A model generated the notes under the pieces. That model was not told the origin of the DNA. It did no database searches and saw only the letters and a program-made list of their open reading frames with translations. The position numbers and the translations under genes were made by a program. A DNA stretch of 64,000 nt from Veleropilina oligotropha (Eukaryota), in the NCBI GenBank assembly GCA_048128005.1, contig JBEUKZ010000025.1:186001-250000 (forward strand), in the 5' to 3' direction. Of the stretch, positions 33,901 to 47,990 are shown in pieces (within the stretch, counting starts at the first letter, position 1; the number at the start of each line of letters is the position of its first letter).

Positions 33901-36900
33901 AGACAAACTGCTGGACCTATGCTTTTCATATTTGGCATACACCTTGTGCACCATCAGGCCTTGCTTAAGTTCAAAGATGGGGTCAAAGGGTTAAAGGTCA
34001 AGGTCATTTTCGTGTATATCCGTTCTTGACTTGGAAGATTGCTCTTTAATTGTCACATAGAAGACGAACCGCTAGACCTACACCTTCATTATTGGTATAC
34101 ACCTTGTGTACCATCAGGCCTTGCCTAAGTTCAAAGTTGAGGTCACTGGGTCAAAGTTCATGATCATTTTCGTTCTGAACTTGCAAGATTCCTTTCTGTC
34201 ACATAGTAGACAAACCGCTAGATCTACACCTTTCATATTTGGTATGCACCTTCTGTACCATCAGGCCTTGCCCAAGTTCAAATTTGGAGTCACTGCAAAT
34301 GTCAAGGTCATATGAGCTATTGTAAAATATATACTTTCGGACAGTTATTATGAAATTTATTACAGAGTTATTGATTATTTAATCTCTATGGATGTATTGT
34401 ATACAAAAGGCAGACCAGTATGAGGAGCATACCTCTAGTTTTTGTTAACGTCGCTCCCTGTCAAAAAGTTCTCTTTTTGTGATTGAGCAGTAATGTATTG
34501 GTGCAGAACTTTGAAGCAAGTGATAGATGCATGTATGTAAATATATATATTGAATTTAGTATATAAAAATGAAGATAATATTGAGTCTTGGTTGATGATA
34601 ATGTTTTTATATTCTACTGATATGTCATTTTAGTATTGCAAAAAGTTGTCTTGTTTTTATGCCCCCACCAATTTATTGGGGTGGCATTAAGATTTACCCG
34701 TATCCATCCGTCTCGTCCGTCCATCCCGACAACCATTATTTGCATGCAAGTAACTCCATTCTGCTATAACTTCCATCTGCCTTTATGGATTGACTTGATA
34801 CTTCATACACTTGCTTATCATCAATCATACTTCGCTTCTGTGACCAACCCATGTCATCCTGTGGCCAAGGTCAAATGACTTAGATCTATGGACCAGTATT
34901 GCGTGCAAGTAACTCCATTCTGCTATAACTTCCATCTGCCTTCATGGATTGATTTGATACTTTGTACACTTATCATCATTCATACTGAGCTTATGTGACC
35001 CACCCATGTCGCCTTATGGCCAAGGTCAAGGTCAAATGACTTAGCTTTTCGGACCAGTATTTGCATGCAAGTAACTCCATTCTGCTATAACTTCCATCTG
35101 CCTTTATGCCCCCACCAATTTATTGGGGGGGCATTAAGATTTACCCTTGTCCGTCCATCTCGTCCCGTCCCGACAACCAGTATTTGCGTGCAAGTAACTC
35201 CATTCTGCTATAACTTCCATCTGCCTTTATGGATTGACTTGATACTTCATACACTTGCTTAACATCAATCATACTTCGCTTCTGTGACCAACCCATGTCG
35301 CCCTATGGCCAAGGTCAAGGTCAAATGACTTAGCTGTTCAGACCAGTATTTCCGTGCAAGTAACTTCATTTTGCTACTTGATACTTCATACACTTGCTTA
35401 TCATTCATACTTCCCTTCTGCGACCCACCCACCCATGTTGCCCCTATGCCAAAGGTCAAGGTCAAATGACTTAGCTCTTCTGCAATTTGCTGCCCATATA
35501 GTCAAGGCTGCCAGTGGGGGCATTCGTGTCCCGTGGACACATTTCTAGTTAATTCATACATGTCAAAAATGACTTGTTCAATACTGGTTTGATTTTAATT
35601 TTCCCTTTTCAGATCGAAGCAGGCAAATACTTGGAAGTAATTCATTGGCATCGCAGGTGGCTACAACATTCCGTAGTGCCCCACCGGAATCTCCGTCAGC
35701 ACTCACATACACACCATGCAACCGAGTTTCCAGGCATGTCAGGAAAAGGATTGGATCTGTAAACGTGAAGCCAAGATCAACGAAAATTGCATCCAAGACC
35801 TACAAAGTTGTGTTTATTAAGCATACAGATTTGCCCACCAATTTTTCAAAGGGGCTTGTGCTATTGGAAGGAATAATAACAGTCAATTTACAAGATGACG
35901 AAGTTATGATAATGAATAGTTTAAAATCAATGCTTGAAGCCTCGGTTATAAATGCAGAAGAAATACAAATTTTGTCCTATGCATCAAAGAGACTGTCAGT
36001 TCCTTGCTCACTTCCTGGGTTCCGGTGGAATGGGCAGCAACTGAAAGCCAACATCGGGCAAGGAAAACTATATGTTATGGCTTCAGGATATAAAGTAAAT
36101 AATTTCATAAAATAGCTGCTTTTGAGGAAGAGTCTTGGTCCACGTTTCACAAATAATCTTACATGGTCCTACGTGCGTTTCACAAAAAATCTTAAATGAA
36201 ATGTTATGACCGATGGCGATCGTAAGTCTATGTGTGGGTATCGGTAGACGTAAATCCAGGTTTGCCCCACAATGCATCAGAATTCCATTAAGATTTTGAA
36301 AATAGGCATGTCGGAAGGGGGTATTTTGGGACGGCCATCGGCTTTAGATTAAAATTAGCTAAATAGTCTTATAATATATTTTACCTTCTATCCTGCCGTT
36401 TTTATTATGTATTATAACATTTCATGCACCGTACGTGCAGACGTTAACAATATTTGACACATGCGCAATTCAGCATATCTAAAGTCTTTTCTAACCATTT
36501 CGCTTGAAGAGTTACTTACGACAATCTTACGTTTCTCCTAAGATTTGCGTCTTGCGATAAACTTTGTGAAACGGTCTTAAAATAATCTTAATATTGTAAG
36601 TTTAAGACTTGCGACTGCACTTAAGATTTTTGTGAAACGGGGCCCAGCACTGTAGAACGAAAATGCGCTTAAGATGATTAATGTATCATTTTTAACATTA
36701 TTATTAACACTTATTTCAAATGGTAGTTTAATGTTTACATGTACTCATGTATATTGTAGGAATCGCTAAGTGGGTCATCCAGCACAGACAGTTTGCCAGA
36801 GTTGGTTTCAAGTGCAGAAAAAAAGGTAAGATTTGTTTCTTTATTAGACAGTGTATAATTCGCTCGAACTGTGTTATCTTATATGCTCATCTAGAGCTGA

Positions 36901-39900
36901 CAGTACTTGGAAGATAACTGTCACGGCAGTCAATAACGGGTTTGAGGCATGTGAGTTTCATCAGATATTCCAGTTGTCCTCTCAAGATATTATGGACATA
37001 TCCCGATATGGCCAATACTTTAATAAACAATAAACACCAATTCAAAAAATATTATTTTATGTTTTACTGATTAGTGTATTAACTTATTTAAGATATGTAA
37101 CCCATTTCCATCAAGATATGTATTTGCATTTTAACTCGCCTTTTCCATGCCCATAAAGAATAAAAAAGGGACACCTAAAAACCCAACTAAATATCAGATG
37201 ATTTGTAAAAACAGTTTGTAGGTATATTGATTGTTCAATACAGCTAGAACAGTTCAGAAAATTATTTATTTGAAAATTATGGTACGGTCACATGATTAGG
37301 TTAAGACTACATGAAAAGGCTAGTTGTAATGTAAGGATCCTTATTTGATCTTCTGATTCTGGCATGTCTGGGTACAGTAAAAATCAGAATGTATCAACAT
37401 GAAAAACTTCTGTATCTTTATTACTCTATTTATTTTGCTTGATTTCTTCAGCTTAGTGTATGTGGCACTACATTAAAATATCATTTAGGTCGAGGAACAG
37501 AGGTCTGGTCAAAATGTGCCTGATGATAAAGCCCCAAGGTCCAATGTAAGTTAAATTTATTATAAATAATTATCCGCACTTTTTCTGCGTCCCAATACTA
37601 CGCATTGTGTGGAAAATTAAAGTGGGAAAAGTGCGTATTTATGCATATAATGTGTAGAATGTGAATACGGTGCCGGTGAAGCCTTAATATCTAACAAGTT
37701 TATGCAGTGACTCTTCCACATCCTTCTGAACAGTGCTGTGTGACCCATTAGTGAGGTCTGGCAATATTATAATATCTCATCCACTTAGCACAGCACTGTT
37801 AGAAATTTAATTGAAGTTGTGTCACTCAGTTGGATCCATATGAAGACAGGATATATGACATTTTATCAATAGCGCAATGAGCAGAATATTTTGTCTTTTG
37901 AAATAACCGCAGACAATAACTATTTGTTTCAGCTTGCAGCCATTGACTCTGACACACGGAGGGAAAAGTTTTTGTCGGAACATGGTGATTGGATTACTGA
38001 CCAAGGTATCCCAAATGTCTGGAGACTCTCCATAGACAACAGACAGGCAATGGCAGATTTACTGATTAAGCAATTTGTATACTACAGGTAATATAATACA
38101 TCTGATCTGAGGTTGTATTCTTTATATAAGACCCTGCTTGGCTTAGTAATATGCTCTCTTGTAAAGGTACTAGTACAGCTTTAGAGACGTGATCGATGTG
38201 TGGAGATAATGCCCTTATGGCTTCACAATTATCAACATGGTCATTCGTCAGCTTCACTCGTAATATCACCTCGCCCTTTAGAGAATATGTTTGTTTTACT
38301 TTCCATCACCTCCTGACATTTGGCTGTAATTACCATGAAATAATAGTATTATTATGCCCCCACAAACGAAGTTTAGGGAGGCATATAGGAGTCAGCTTGT
38401 CTGTTGGTCGGTCTGTCTGCAAATTATCTTCCGTTCCATATCTCCGATATATTTCACCCAGGGACACAAAACTCTATGTGTCGATGCGTCATAACCTAAA
38501 GGTGTGTCTCGTACTGAAATTAGGTCACCGCGACCTATTTTTCACAATTGACTGCACTTGATCCAAAATTCCCTTCCGCTCCATATCTCTCATACTATAT
38601 GACCAAGAGATATGAAACGTGATGCGTGCATTCGTCATCACTCAAAGATGACTGTCGCGTACTGAAAGTAGGTCACTGCGACTAATTTTCATGCTTTAGT
38701 GCACTTGGTCCAAAATTCCCTTTAGCTTCATATCTCTCATACTATTTGACCGAGGAACACGAAACTTGATGTGTACATGCGTCATCATCCAAAAGTACCG
38801 AAATTAGGTCACTACGACCTACTTTTCAGACGACCGCATTTGGTCCAAAATTCCCTTCCACTCCATATCTCCCATACTATTTGACCAAGGGACAAAAAAC
38901 TTGATGTGTGTATGCACGTTAACCCAAAGGTGTCGCGTACCGAAAATAGGTCATTGCGACCTATTTTTCACACTTGACCGCATTCAGTCTATAATTTCCT
39001 TCGGCTCTTTATCTCCCATACTATTTGACCGAGGGACATGAAACTTCATGTGTGTATGCAACAGCCTGTTCCTGGATGAAACGCTTTTGTGGGGGTTTAT
39101 GATCACTCATGTGATAGCTCTAGTTGTTCCTGAAATTGATAGCACCAGTGACATTGCTCTCCTTTTGTAGTACAGTGGTAAGATTGCTTTAACAGTAGCT
39201 GAGTCGTCAGTTTTAAACACAGTTTCCTTAAACATGCTTGCAGAACCTCAATGGAGATCCAGCAGTTCATAAGGGGAATGGATGATATTGGACAATTCTG
39301 GAAAGTCGTTAAAGCAAATGCATCAGTATTCAAGCCATTATTCTGTCATCAGCAACAGCCAATTACCAAAAACGAGTTTGAAAGCCTATGTAATATGCAT
39401 TACTCAGAAGAGGGCTCCAACAAGAGAATTGCTGAAGATGAAACAACTTACTCATGGGAAATGTTCCTACAGGATATTTGTGGTAATCCGGGTACAGTAC
39501 TTAGGTTGCTTAGAGTGAAAAATAATGTTTCTCCTCTTGATTAACAAAGCCATGCAAAGTTTTTATGTATACGGTGCTGTGAACAAATTTTACCTTCCAT
39601 GGTACATAGGGTTGCACATCCATGATAGTTAAAAGCATTGCTCAATATTCAATCGCTTGAGAAGTGTTTGATCATTTGATGTGCTTTATATCAATGAATA
39701 ATAATTAAAGAAATTGCCTGAATGCATTGTTTCAACTGTGTTGTTGTGCATCCTAGTGTCAGAAACCCGCCACAGTAGTGCATAACTGGCAGAGGTGTGT
39801 TGCTTTCATGGGATAAGCATGTCTATATTATCTCCCGATAAAATAGACATATCTCTACCAATTTGATCAAAGAAGTTTTCATTCATGCATGTGTATGATA

Positions 39901-40166
39901 GTTTCATCTTTTCAGATGAAAGCATTCCAGTAACATATGAAGAATTACTGGCATTCATTACTGGAGCAGACAAGATTCCACCTTGTGGTTTTTCAAAACC
40001 AATTGATGTATCTTTCTACGAGAAAGAATATGGTGTCCAAAGGCTGCCCCATGTGTCGACATGTTCGTTAGAACTGTTTTTGCCAAGAGGTTCAGGGAAC
40101 CACAAAGAGTTCAGTGCCATCTTCATAAGAGCTTTAAAGGAATCATTGGGATTTGAAAAAATGTAA
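30979..40166 (+). CDS. Spliced gene: TDP-43-N-terminal-like domain plus (partial) HECT E3 ubiquitin ligase domain
   Basis: Phase-consistent GT-AG exons: 30979-31213, 35613-36094, 36760-36825, 37489-37545, 37933-38087, 39244-39482, 39916-40166. HECT C-lobe LLAFITGA..IPP.GF..LPHVSTCSLELFLP..GF with catalytic-position Cys. The N-lobe GE.G.D.GG motif was not found. Confidence 0.78.
31228..32743. mobile_element. Mutator/foldback-like MITE in intron 1, with nested insertions
   Basis: TIRs built of ~15-bp GGTCAAAATGGCCC units; 9-bp TSD TTGATTTTT/TTGATTTTC. Contains a reversed hairpin-family element (~31394-31912). Confidence 0.75.
33667..34442 (+). mobile_element. HINE-like element with ~160-bp tandem array
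   Basis: About four units (..CACCTTGTGTACCATCAGGCCTTGCCTAAGTTCAAAG..), T-run flanks, ends CTAGTTT. Confidence 0.65.
34654..35550 (+). mobile_element. HINE-like element, family B, with internal restart at ~35103
   Basis: Same subTIRs and ~160-bp unit as 29876-30848. Confidence 0.8.
36137..36646. mobile_element. Harbinger-like MITE in intron 2
   Basis: GGTCCACGTTTCACAAA..TCTTA / TAAGATTTTTGTGAAACGGGGCCC inverted ends. Confidence 0.6.
38349..39126 (+). mobile_element. HINE-like element with ~150-bp tandem array in intron 5
   Basis: ATGCCCCCACAAA...TTTGTGGGGG subTIRs, GTCT microsatellite, about four units, ends CTAGTT. Confidence 0.75.
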
Positions 40167-40171
40167 CAAGT

Positions 40172-41650
40172 GTAGAATAGGATTTTTGCCTGTCATGCAA
40201 TCATTAATATTAGCATGGTGCCTTTATTAGGAGGATGTTATCTTATTATAAACAGAACATTAATTGTGTTGCAAGCGCTATTGATAGTGTCAGATTGACT
40301 CTTGGTTAATTAGCATTTGTTGTATTTTATGACTCTAAGGTGTCATGTGCTGATTGTTTCAACTGGTTATAATATATTATATCTAATTATGTATTGTTAA
40401 TGAATATGGTGCAGTATATCAGAGGTTCAACTTGAGGTTACCGATTTTCGTTCATTATGGGTAAATTAATACATTAAATAAGGTTTGTACTTAAATGTTC
40501 CTGATTGAGATATTTAATAACTGAGTTCAGGATACTTACTCTATTATCTAGTAAATATATATGCTTTTATTTGATAGTGACTATGAGTGAAGTTGATGAT
40601 TATCTTTTCTATTGTTATAGAACATGGCAATGAAGATATCTAGAATATTATTCATACTGTTTATTCTGTATCCCAATGATATTACTGATTAGAGATTAAC
40701 CTGTCTTTCTTTTATTTTGACAAAACTGCCCCTTTGTTCGTAACCTCTTTGAGTACTGTTGATAACCTTGTTAAACTCTTTGTACCATTGGAACCCGTTG
40801 AAATTAAAAGATTGTGAATTCTAGCATTAAAGCAGTCATTTAATTTAAACTATTTTAGCTCTAAGCACATAATTATATTTTTTATAAACACATGCTGCAT
40901 GTACAATTAAATAGTTTGTACCACTGACAAATATGAAACATTAATTATCTTATTATTTTGTAATAAAAATAATTAGTGAACCTCTACTCAAGATGGCTGC
41001 GCCCATGAGTATCCATGTTTGTTGTTTACCTTAATCAAGGGTAGAATAGGATTTTTGTGTGTCAATCATTAATATTAGCATGGTGCCTTTATTAGGAGGA
41101 TGTCATCTTATTATGAACAGTATATTAATTGTGTTACAAGCGATATTGATGTCAATTGACTGTTGGTTAGCATTGTTGTATTTTATGATTCATAAGGTGT
41201 CATGAGCAGATTGTTTGAACTGGTTATATTAGATTTAATTATGTATTGTTAATGAATATGGTACAGTATATCAGAGGTTCAATTTGAGGTTACTGATTGT
41301 CGTTCATTATGGGTAATACATTAAATCAGGTTTGAACTTAAATGTTCCTGATTGAGATATTTTCTAACAGAGTTCAGGATACTTATATTATCTAAATATA
41401 TATGCTTTTATTTGATAGTGACTATGAGTTAAGTTGATGTTTGACTATCTTTTCTATTCTTATAGAACAACAATGACATCGAAGATATCAAGATTATTCA
41501 TACTGTTTATTCTGCTTCACAATAATTAGAGATTACTCTCTTTCTTTTATTTTGACAGCATGTTGCTACCCCTTTGTCTGAGTACCGTTGATAACCTTTT
41601 GAAACTCTTTGTACCATTTGAACCCGTTGAAATAAAAAGATTGAGAATTC
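40172..41650 (+). repeat. Diverged ~0.62-0.65-kb direct duplication of the HECT gene 3' region
   Basis: 40172-40820 matches 41041-41650 (GTAGAATAGGATTTTTG...GAACCCGTTGAAAT). Confidence 0.9.
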
Positions 41651-41789
41651 AATCTGTGTTTTTCGAACGTGTATTATCCGGTCACATAGTGATCACACAA
41701 TTTATATCTAAACATTGGGAAATAAGTTGAGTATATTATAATTGTAAAAAAGGTATATTAAAATTGTAAAAAAGAGCTTATATAACTTA

Positions 41790-42217
41790 TATAAGCGGGA
41801 TTCGTCTGTAAACAAAACATTACCCCTCTGCTGCCTGGTCCAATGCTGGTGGCCACAACACCAATCTATTTGAGCCTGATGATGTGCTGGAGTTAACGAC
41901 AAATGGACAGCAGCTTCTCTCGAATAAAGATTAAACTCACGAAGATGATTCCAGGCTATCTGCTGCGAAACGTTGATGTTAGCTGTGATTCTAAGCCGAT
42001 GTCCAAGTCTTATTTCATTAACCAATCTGTCCTGTATAGCCGCCTAACGTGTGGTTCTGAAGCGTGTGCATTCTTCCAGTAGCCTGGAAACATTCAAATG
42101 ATGGATAGACTCACTTTTGAAAGGCCGTCTTGAAAGGCTTCTTTGAAACACACCACCATCGAACCATCATAACACACGGCCATGATCAACTGCTGACAAT
42201 TTCCTTCTTGCAACCAT
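41790..42217 (-). pseudogene. Tc1/mariner transposase remnant
   Basis: MVARRKLSAVDHGR.. and ..LTPAHHQAQIDWC..HWT..VLFTDESR; stops and shifts, C-terminus missing. Confidence 0.8.
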
Positions 42218-43055
42218 GTTTCTTTGGGAAATGATTGCTGGCCTTTGTGTATTACTCTCTTATGAAACAACTGTTGATAACTGTTCACAGTACTTTGTTC
42301 TTGCAAGTGACCGCTCCGATTATCGTGTCGTTTTGGTTCCAAACTCTGAAATCACAGGTTTGATTCTGCTGACACGAACAGTAGCGTGTTCAAATCTCGG
42401 TTGAGATATATGGCATTATTTGTTTAGTTATGAATCACAGTTGTCTGTAACTGGTCAGAGAGGGAAGATTTCCCAGAACGACCTGGCTTTTCTCTCGTGA
42501 TAATATGGATATGTCCTGCTTTGAACCTGATGGTTGTATAACCTCATTATAACAATTATAATGTTATTTGACTTCAACTAATCCTCACTCCATCCCTGTA
42601 GACGGTTCTACTGTATACAGAAATAAACGAGCAGCCTTTGTTTACAACCGAGGCAAAAATACTGTTTTTAACACCGATCAAAGAAGATGAACTTCTAGCC
42701 AATGAGGCCATAACAAATCAATGGATTCCTTATATTGACCTGGCGAGTGACAATGTGATCGACTTTTGGCCAATCAGAGTAGAACAGGTCAACGGATTCA
42801 TTATATTTACCTGACAAGCCACGAACATAACCAATGTCGTGATTGACTTTTGACCAATGGGCTAAATACGTGTATACAGTCATATAACAATATACAATTA
42901 TTGACTGTTCTTCCAGTCAATATATTGATTTATCCACCAACGTGACTATCACTTTTATAGGTGGATAACTCATTGTATCCACCGGATTAACAGTAAATAA
43001 TTATATTGTTATATGATTTCAACTAATCCCTGCTCCTTTCATGTTTACTGTAACT

Positions 43056-43145
43056 GGCCTCGATAGCTCAACTGGTAGAGCGTCGAAAAAACGATAAGTT
43101 TGGCAGTATGATGTGGGTTCAAATCCCCATTCCGGCGTGGATATT
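43056..43145 (+). mobile_element. tRNA-derived SINE head
   Basis: A-box TAGCTCAACTGG and B-box GGTTCAAATCC, no proper cloverleaf. Diverged copy at 62438-62527 (minus). Confidence 0.7.
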
Positions 43146-45288
43146 CTAATGCTTAAAACTAATAGATGGCCTATACCTAATACATGTATATGTCGGTCAG
43201 ATCGGAGTCTCGATTGCGATAAAAGCTGAAAAAACAAAATTACATGTTTAATGTATACATAAATAAACAGGCAGCTCCAGTGGCCGAGTGCGTAAGTTTT
43301 GTTTACAAATGGGGAGACAAGGCTAACTTTACCACAGACAAAAGAAGATGTATTTCTATCCAATAGAAGAACAAGTCGACAGATTCGTTGCCGGTATATT
43401 GACCTGGTGAGTGACCATGTGACAGAGTAGAACGGTTTAACAGATTCGTTATGTATATCTAACATGCTGCGAACATTGTGTCTGAATCAATGTCATGTAA
43501 TACACTTTTGGGCAATGAGAGTGGGTGAAAAACAATTCAACATGATTACTCGAAAACATTTGTATTGTCAGATTTTAATGCAGCTTTCAGAAATGAATTC
43601 CAAGAGACGACTTGATGACAATGTCATATATACACAGGCCTTGAAAGTCAGAAAGGAGCAGGAGATCGTCACAGGGCCAAGCTGAAGAGCAGCGTTCTTG
43701 CACGGTTTTATGAAATTTTCACATGTCATATACAATGACCAAGGCACTATACAAAGCATTTTGGTCAACATACGTATCTTGACTTGTAGTTATATTGATA
43801 TCTATACACGGTCCACCAAGATACCTCCAACTTTTGTGGTTGTTATCACTAATTACACGAATAAATTTAAATGACAGTTCAACCATATATATATAGTTTT
43901 ACACAAAATCACACATCGGAAATCGTAAGTTTCTTATTTAAGCCAAATTATCATGTGACCTAGTTATATAATTTGTTGGTACACATGAATGTGGTACTTA
44001 TCTTATTAAATATTCATACATATTATATATTGCAGCTGGCTGGCAAATCGAAACATGCTTTAATTTTTGATGACATTAAATTTATTAAAAGCCAAGATTG
44101 AAGAACCATCGACTGCTATCTTCAATATTGTGATAAGAAACATGCATATAATGAAAGCGATTATGTAATAGATAATACACTGCCAGCTTGAGGCATTATA
44201 ATTCACATAGCAGACCGAGTGAGAACGAGGCTGCTATGTTATAACGCCGGGGTGGCAGTTGTATTATCTGTTATACACACCGTGGAAATCTATTGTAAAT
44301 TGCAAGCTGTCACCCCTTAGAACATTCAATTGCCCAACATAATGCACTCTAGAGGTGTTATGAGAATTTCTCGGAAAGTCGACTCTTCCATTGGCAACTT
44401 GCCATTCTTTTTCCTTTCAATTTAGTCTGGTCATCTGGCCGAGTTAACCATTGTCAGAGAATAATGGGTCAATTAACACTAGGAGGCTTATTGTTCAAAT
44501 AATCTTCCCCATAGTGTGTATGTGATCATCAAAATCAGCTGGACAAACTGGCAGACCATCGTCACGACGTGTCAGCTTAAATCACTGCCTGACAACAATG
44601 CCAAAATCATACAGTGACACTCACATATGACTTGTATAACGATTGTAAGTTTACAATACGTCTTAATTCTGGTCATGGGGAAATGTTATTTGGAAATGTA
44701 CTACAATGATGAGGTTTCGTATGATGAAAATGCACATTGACATATTCAAGAAAGTATAGTACATGTACTGAAATGCAGCCGCGCTAATTAATGCCAGATG
44801 TCAACCACAACTGTATCTCCACAAGTCATCTGGTTCCAAAATACATGCAAGCAGGGCTGGTCAAGGTTATACATAGGATAGGAAGACCACTTTATGGGAC
44901 GATTCATATGGTGAGGCAAATTCCTGGATGACAATACCAGGCCTTACAGATTGAGAAGCTGGTGTGTTTGATCATTTGCACTAGAACAGAATAGACATGT
45001 TACTTGTTTGGTATTGTGACAACCAAGGAATGCATAATATCACAAAATACAAATTTAGCAAATGGTGATCTCTATGGGTTAAGAAAATGTTGTCCAAACT
45101 CGGAGTGTGCAAAAGGTTTGAAGACCTTCATATGGTTCATACTCAACTAAGAAATAATTGTTGCCAGCACCTAAAGTACACAATTGAGTCAATCCAAATA
45201 TAGTTTTGGTTTTTCACTTTGAACATTAAAATAGCAGATGATTCCAAAGTATATTAACATATTTTTATTATTATTTTTGACAGTAAAT

Positions 45289-47270
45289 TTAACTCTCTGT
45301 ATCCCCATCGGTCAAATAGGATCTTACAATTTGTTTGGCTTTCTGGAATAAGTCAACCCCAAGGTCATCACTGATATCAAGTGGGTTGACCAAGGTTGTT
45401 AAGCTGCTAACTATATCCAATGACAAGGAAGGCATGGTACGAGGTTCTACCGGCATTTCTTCATCAGTTGATTCAACTTCCAAAACTTCATCAGGATCAA
45501 TTCCGTATGTTATTAATTCCACATCAGAGAGATGGGCTTCATTATTCATGACATATCTGTAATTTGACAAATAATCTCTAGAGATCATACCATTAATCCA
45601 CATTCTATATGGACTGCAGTTGTGCTCAGTACGCACGTTATGATTGTTATAGGCTTCTTTGAATTCAATTAGGGCAGCATTAATTTGAGTTATAAATACA
45701 TAATGGAGGCAAAACATGTCAATGTCATCATCAATATTCAACCCATCAACGCTCTCTACATAATAAAACAAAGAATAGAATGTCTGAATCACAGAGTAAA
45801 ATACATCGCGCCACAATCGTTCGATGCGACAATTATGCAATGATCTTCCAAATATAAAGCTACCACGGTTTGTTCGCCGTTGTTGTTCCATATAGTTTGC
45901 AACACCAACATTTTCAGAGCCCTTATCTCCCCTTACTCTGGATGGTAAAGAAAAATTGTCTACAGCTTCTATAAATGAACCTAGTACAGTATCAGCTTTA
46001 TTATTATTTGAGCATTTTAGAACAACAATGAGTCTGCTTAAGCCATCAATGCCAACATGAGTAACGATTTTCCATCTTATAAGTTTATGATGGCCATCAA
46101 TGTGCCACAATGAATTTGGGCCCTGCACACTGTATGATCTCCTTAATGAAACTAAACCCCATCTTAGAGCAGAATTTGCAGGATCAAGAGTTCTTAAAGT
46201 GGACCTAATTCTTCGTTGCTGAACAATAATGCCATGAGCCCGCAAGTGTCCTATCATCAACAAGCACGACGCGTTCGAAATATGTCTTGACCTTTCTTTA
46301 TTTCTAATTTTCATAACAGTTATAACGTTACAATGGCTAAGTGCAAGTACTTCATGGCTTAATTTACTACCCCGTCGAATGTGACGTCACTCAATGACGA
46401 TTAATCTAAAGCGTCATCGAAATGACGTCATTGCTATTTGCTTGCAATATTAGACATCCGTTATATACAAATATGGATAAAAGTGCTCAATAAATGCATA
46501 TTTTTGCAAAATTGTGTCGCGAAAGTTATATACACGACCTACAAATACTCTTGGGAATGTGTGTACCAATTTTGGTGAAAATTGAGCGGGTAGTTTTCAA
46601 ATAAATCGACGGATATATATATATATAAGTATATAAGTATATAAGTATATATGTATATATGTATATACACACGGACCATTTGATAATGTCTTGTCCTTTT
46701 TTACAAAAAGGTCAAGACATAAAAACACACCTGTGTGTGGATGATGCTGATGCATGTTTCTCATAATATTCAACAACTCTTCATCACTGACATCTGAATA
46801 TCTATTGAAATAACATTGTTCATTCTTAAGTCTCCTCCATAAAGTTGTTCTGTTCACCAAAAAAATGTTAACTTGAAGCCATGATTCAACAAATATGCAA
46901 CTTGTTCTAGGTTTATATATGCTGACGGTCTGCCTGCTGATCCTGTTTTCAATACGACCCCTGCTCCTGCTACAATTAACTGTTGGAACACTACATGACC
47001 TAAAGGGGAGTTTAATGCTATCCCAAGTCTTCTTTAATTGTGTAAAACATTCCAGAAGATCTTGTATTGATTGTATTAAATCTGGTGAAGAATGTTCTTG
47101 AAATGAGTGATGAGATTCTATATATGTCAATGTGTTCACAGCACACCTTAATGCCTCTTGACAATATTCTGTGTCGTCGAAATTAGCAAAGAATTCTTTC
47201 TCTTCGCATACTACCAACAGCTCTTGAAGTCCTTGGAAGAATGCCTGGAATCTTCCTCACATTGATCCAT
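45289..47270 (-). pseudogene. IS3EU-like DDE transposase (HTH plus integrase core), interrupted by a HINE and frameshifted
   Basis: LWHIDGHHKLIRW, RVRGDKGSEN and HNCRIERLWRD give D-D-E. HPHTGV|LMIGHLRAHG is split by the insertion at 46259-46725. An alternate frame GRPSAYINLEQVAYLLNHGF precedes VNRTTLWRRL. Confidence 0.88.
46259..46725 (-). mobile_element. HINE family A copy inside the transposase coding sequence
   Basis: Reverse-complement match to 19900-20361. Confidence 0.88.
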
Positions 47271-47990
47271 AACAAATGCCACCAAAACCTGAAACAAAAG
47301 AAAGTAGCGACAGAATTTAACACATTAATTTATATACACAAAGCAATCATATTAATAGACTATAAGTTATAACACCACAATGAGTTCCAGAGAGAGAAAT
47401 ATAAGCCGAGGGTGGGATCATAGTAACTGTGTCATTGCAGGAATAGTCAAATACAAACAAACAAAAACTGACTAGTCGTAGTTGTAATAACACAATCTGT
47501 GGCTGTACGTGTTATTGAATCCGAAAAACAGAAATCATTAGATAATAGGTTGATTGGATCATTGCATCCAAAAACAACCGCCGGTGGCGTGTTCTCATCA
47601 TAACTAACATCAGTAAACATGCCTATCAAAATTGAATCAAATCGGATTAGAACTTTCCACTCCAGAGCGCACACAAGAAATCTCTTCAAACAAAATGGCC
47701 GCAACGGCAGCCATCTTGAATCCGATATCAACAAAAATTATTAAGCGGCGTACCCTCATCTTTACGAATGCGCATACCGAAATTGAATCAAATCGGAGGA
47801 GAACTTTTCCCTGTATAGCGAGTACAAGAAATCTCGACTTTGGACTCTGGAGCACCGGTACTGGTACAAATTTAGGACATTGATCTTAACTCTGTTTACG
47901 GGATCACATTTAGCTCATATACAACCGCGCGCAGTCACTCATGAAACATCACTTAGTAAAATGACATAACGAATACTGTACCTGTACACA

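Noticed and set aside
43056..43145. Possible tRNA gene (and 62438-62527)
   Set aside because: A and B boxes are present but there is no proper anticodon or acceptor stem, and the copies are diverged: SINE heads.
46259..46314. N-terminus MKIRNKERSRHISNASC of ORF 45289-46314 and C-terminus of ORF 46597-47217
   Set aside because: Translated from the inserted HINE, not transposase sequence.
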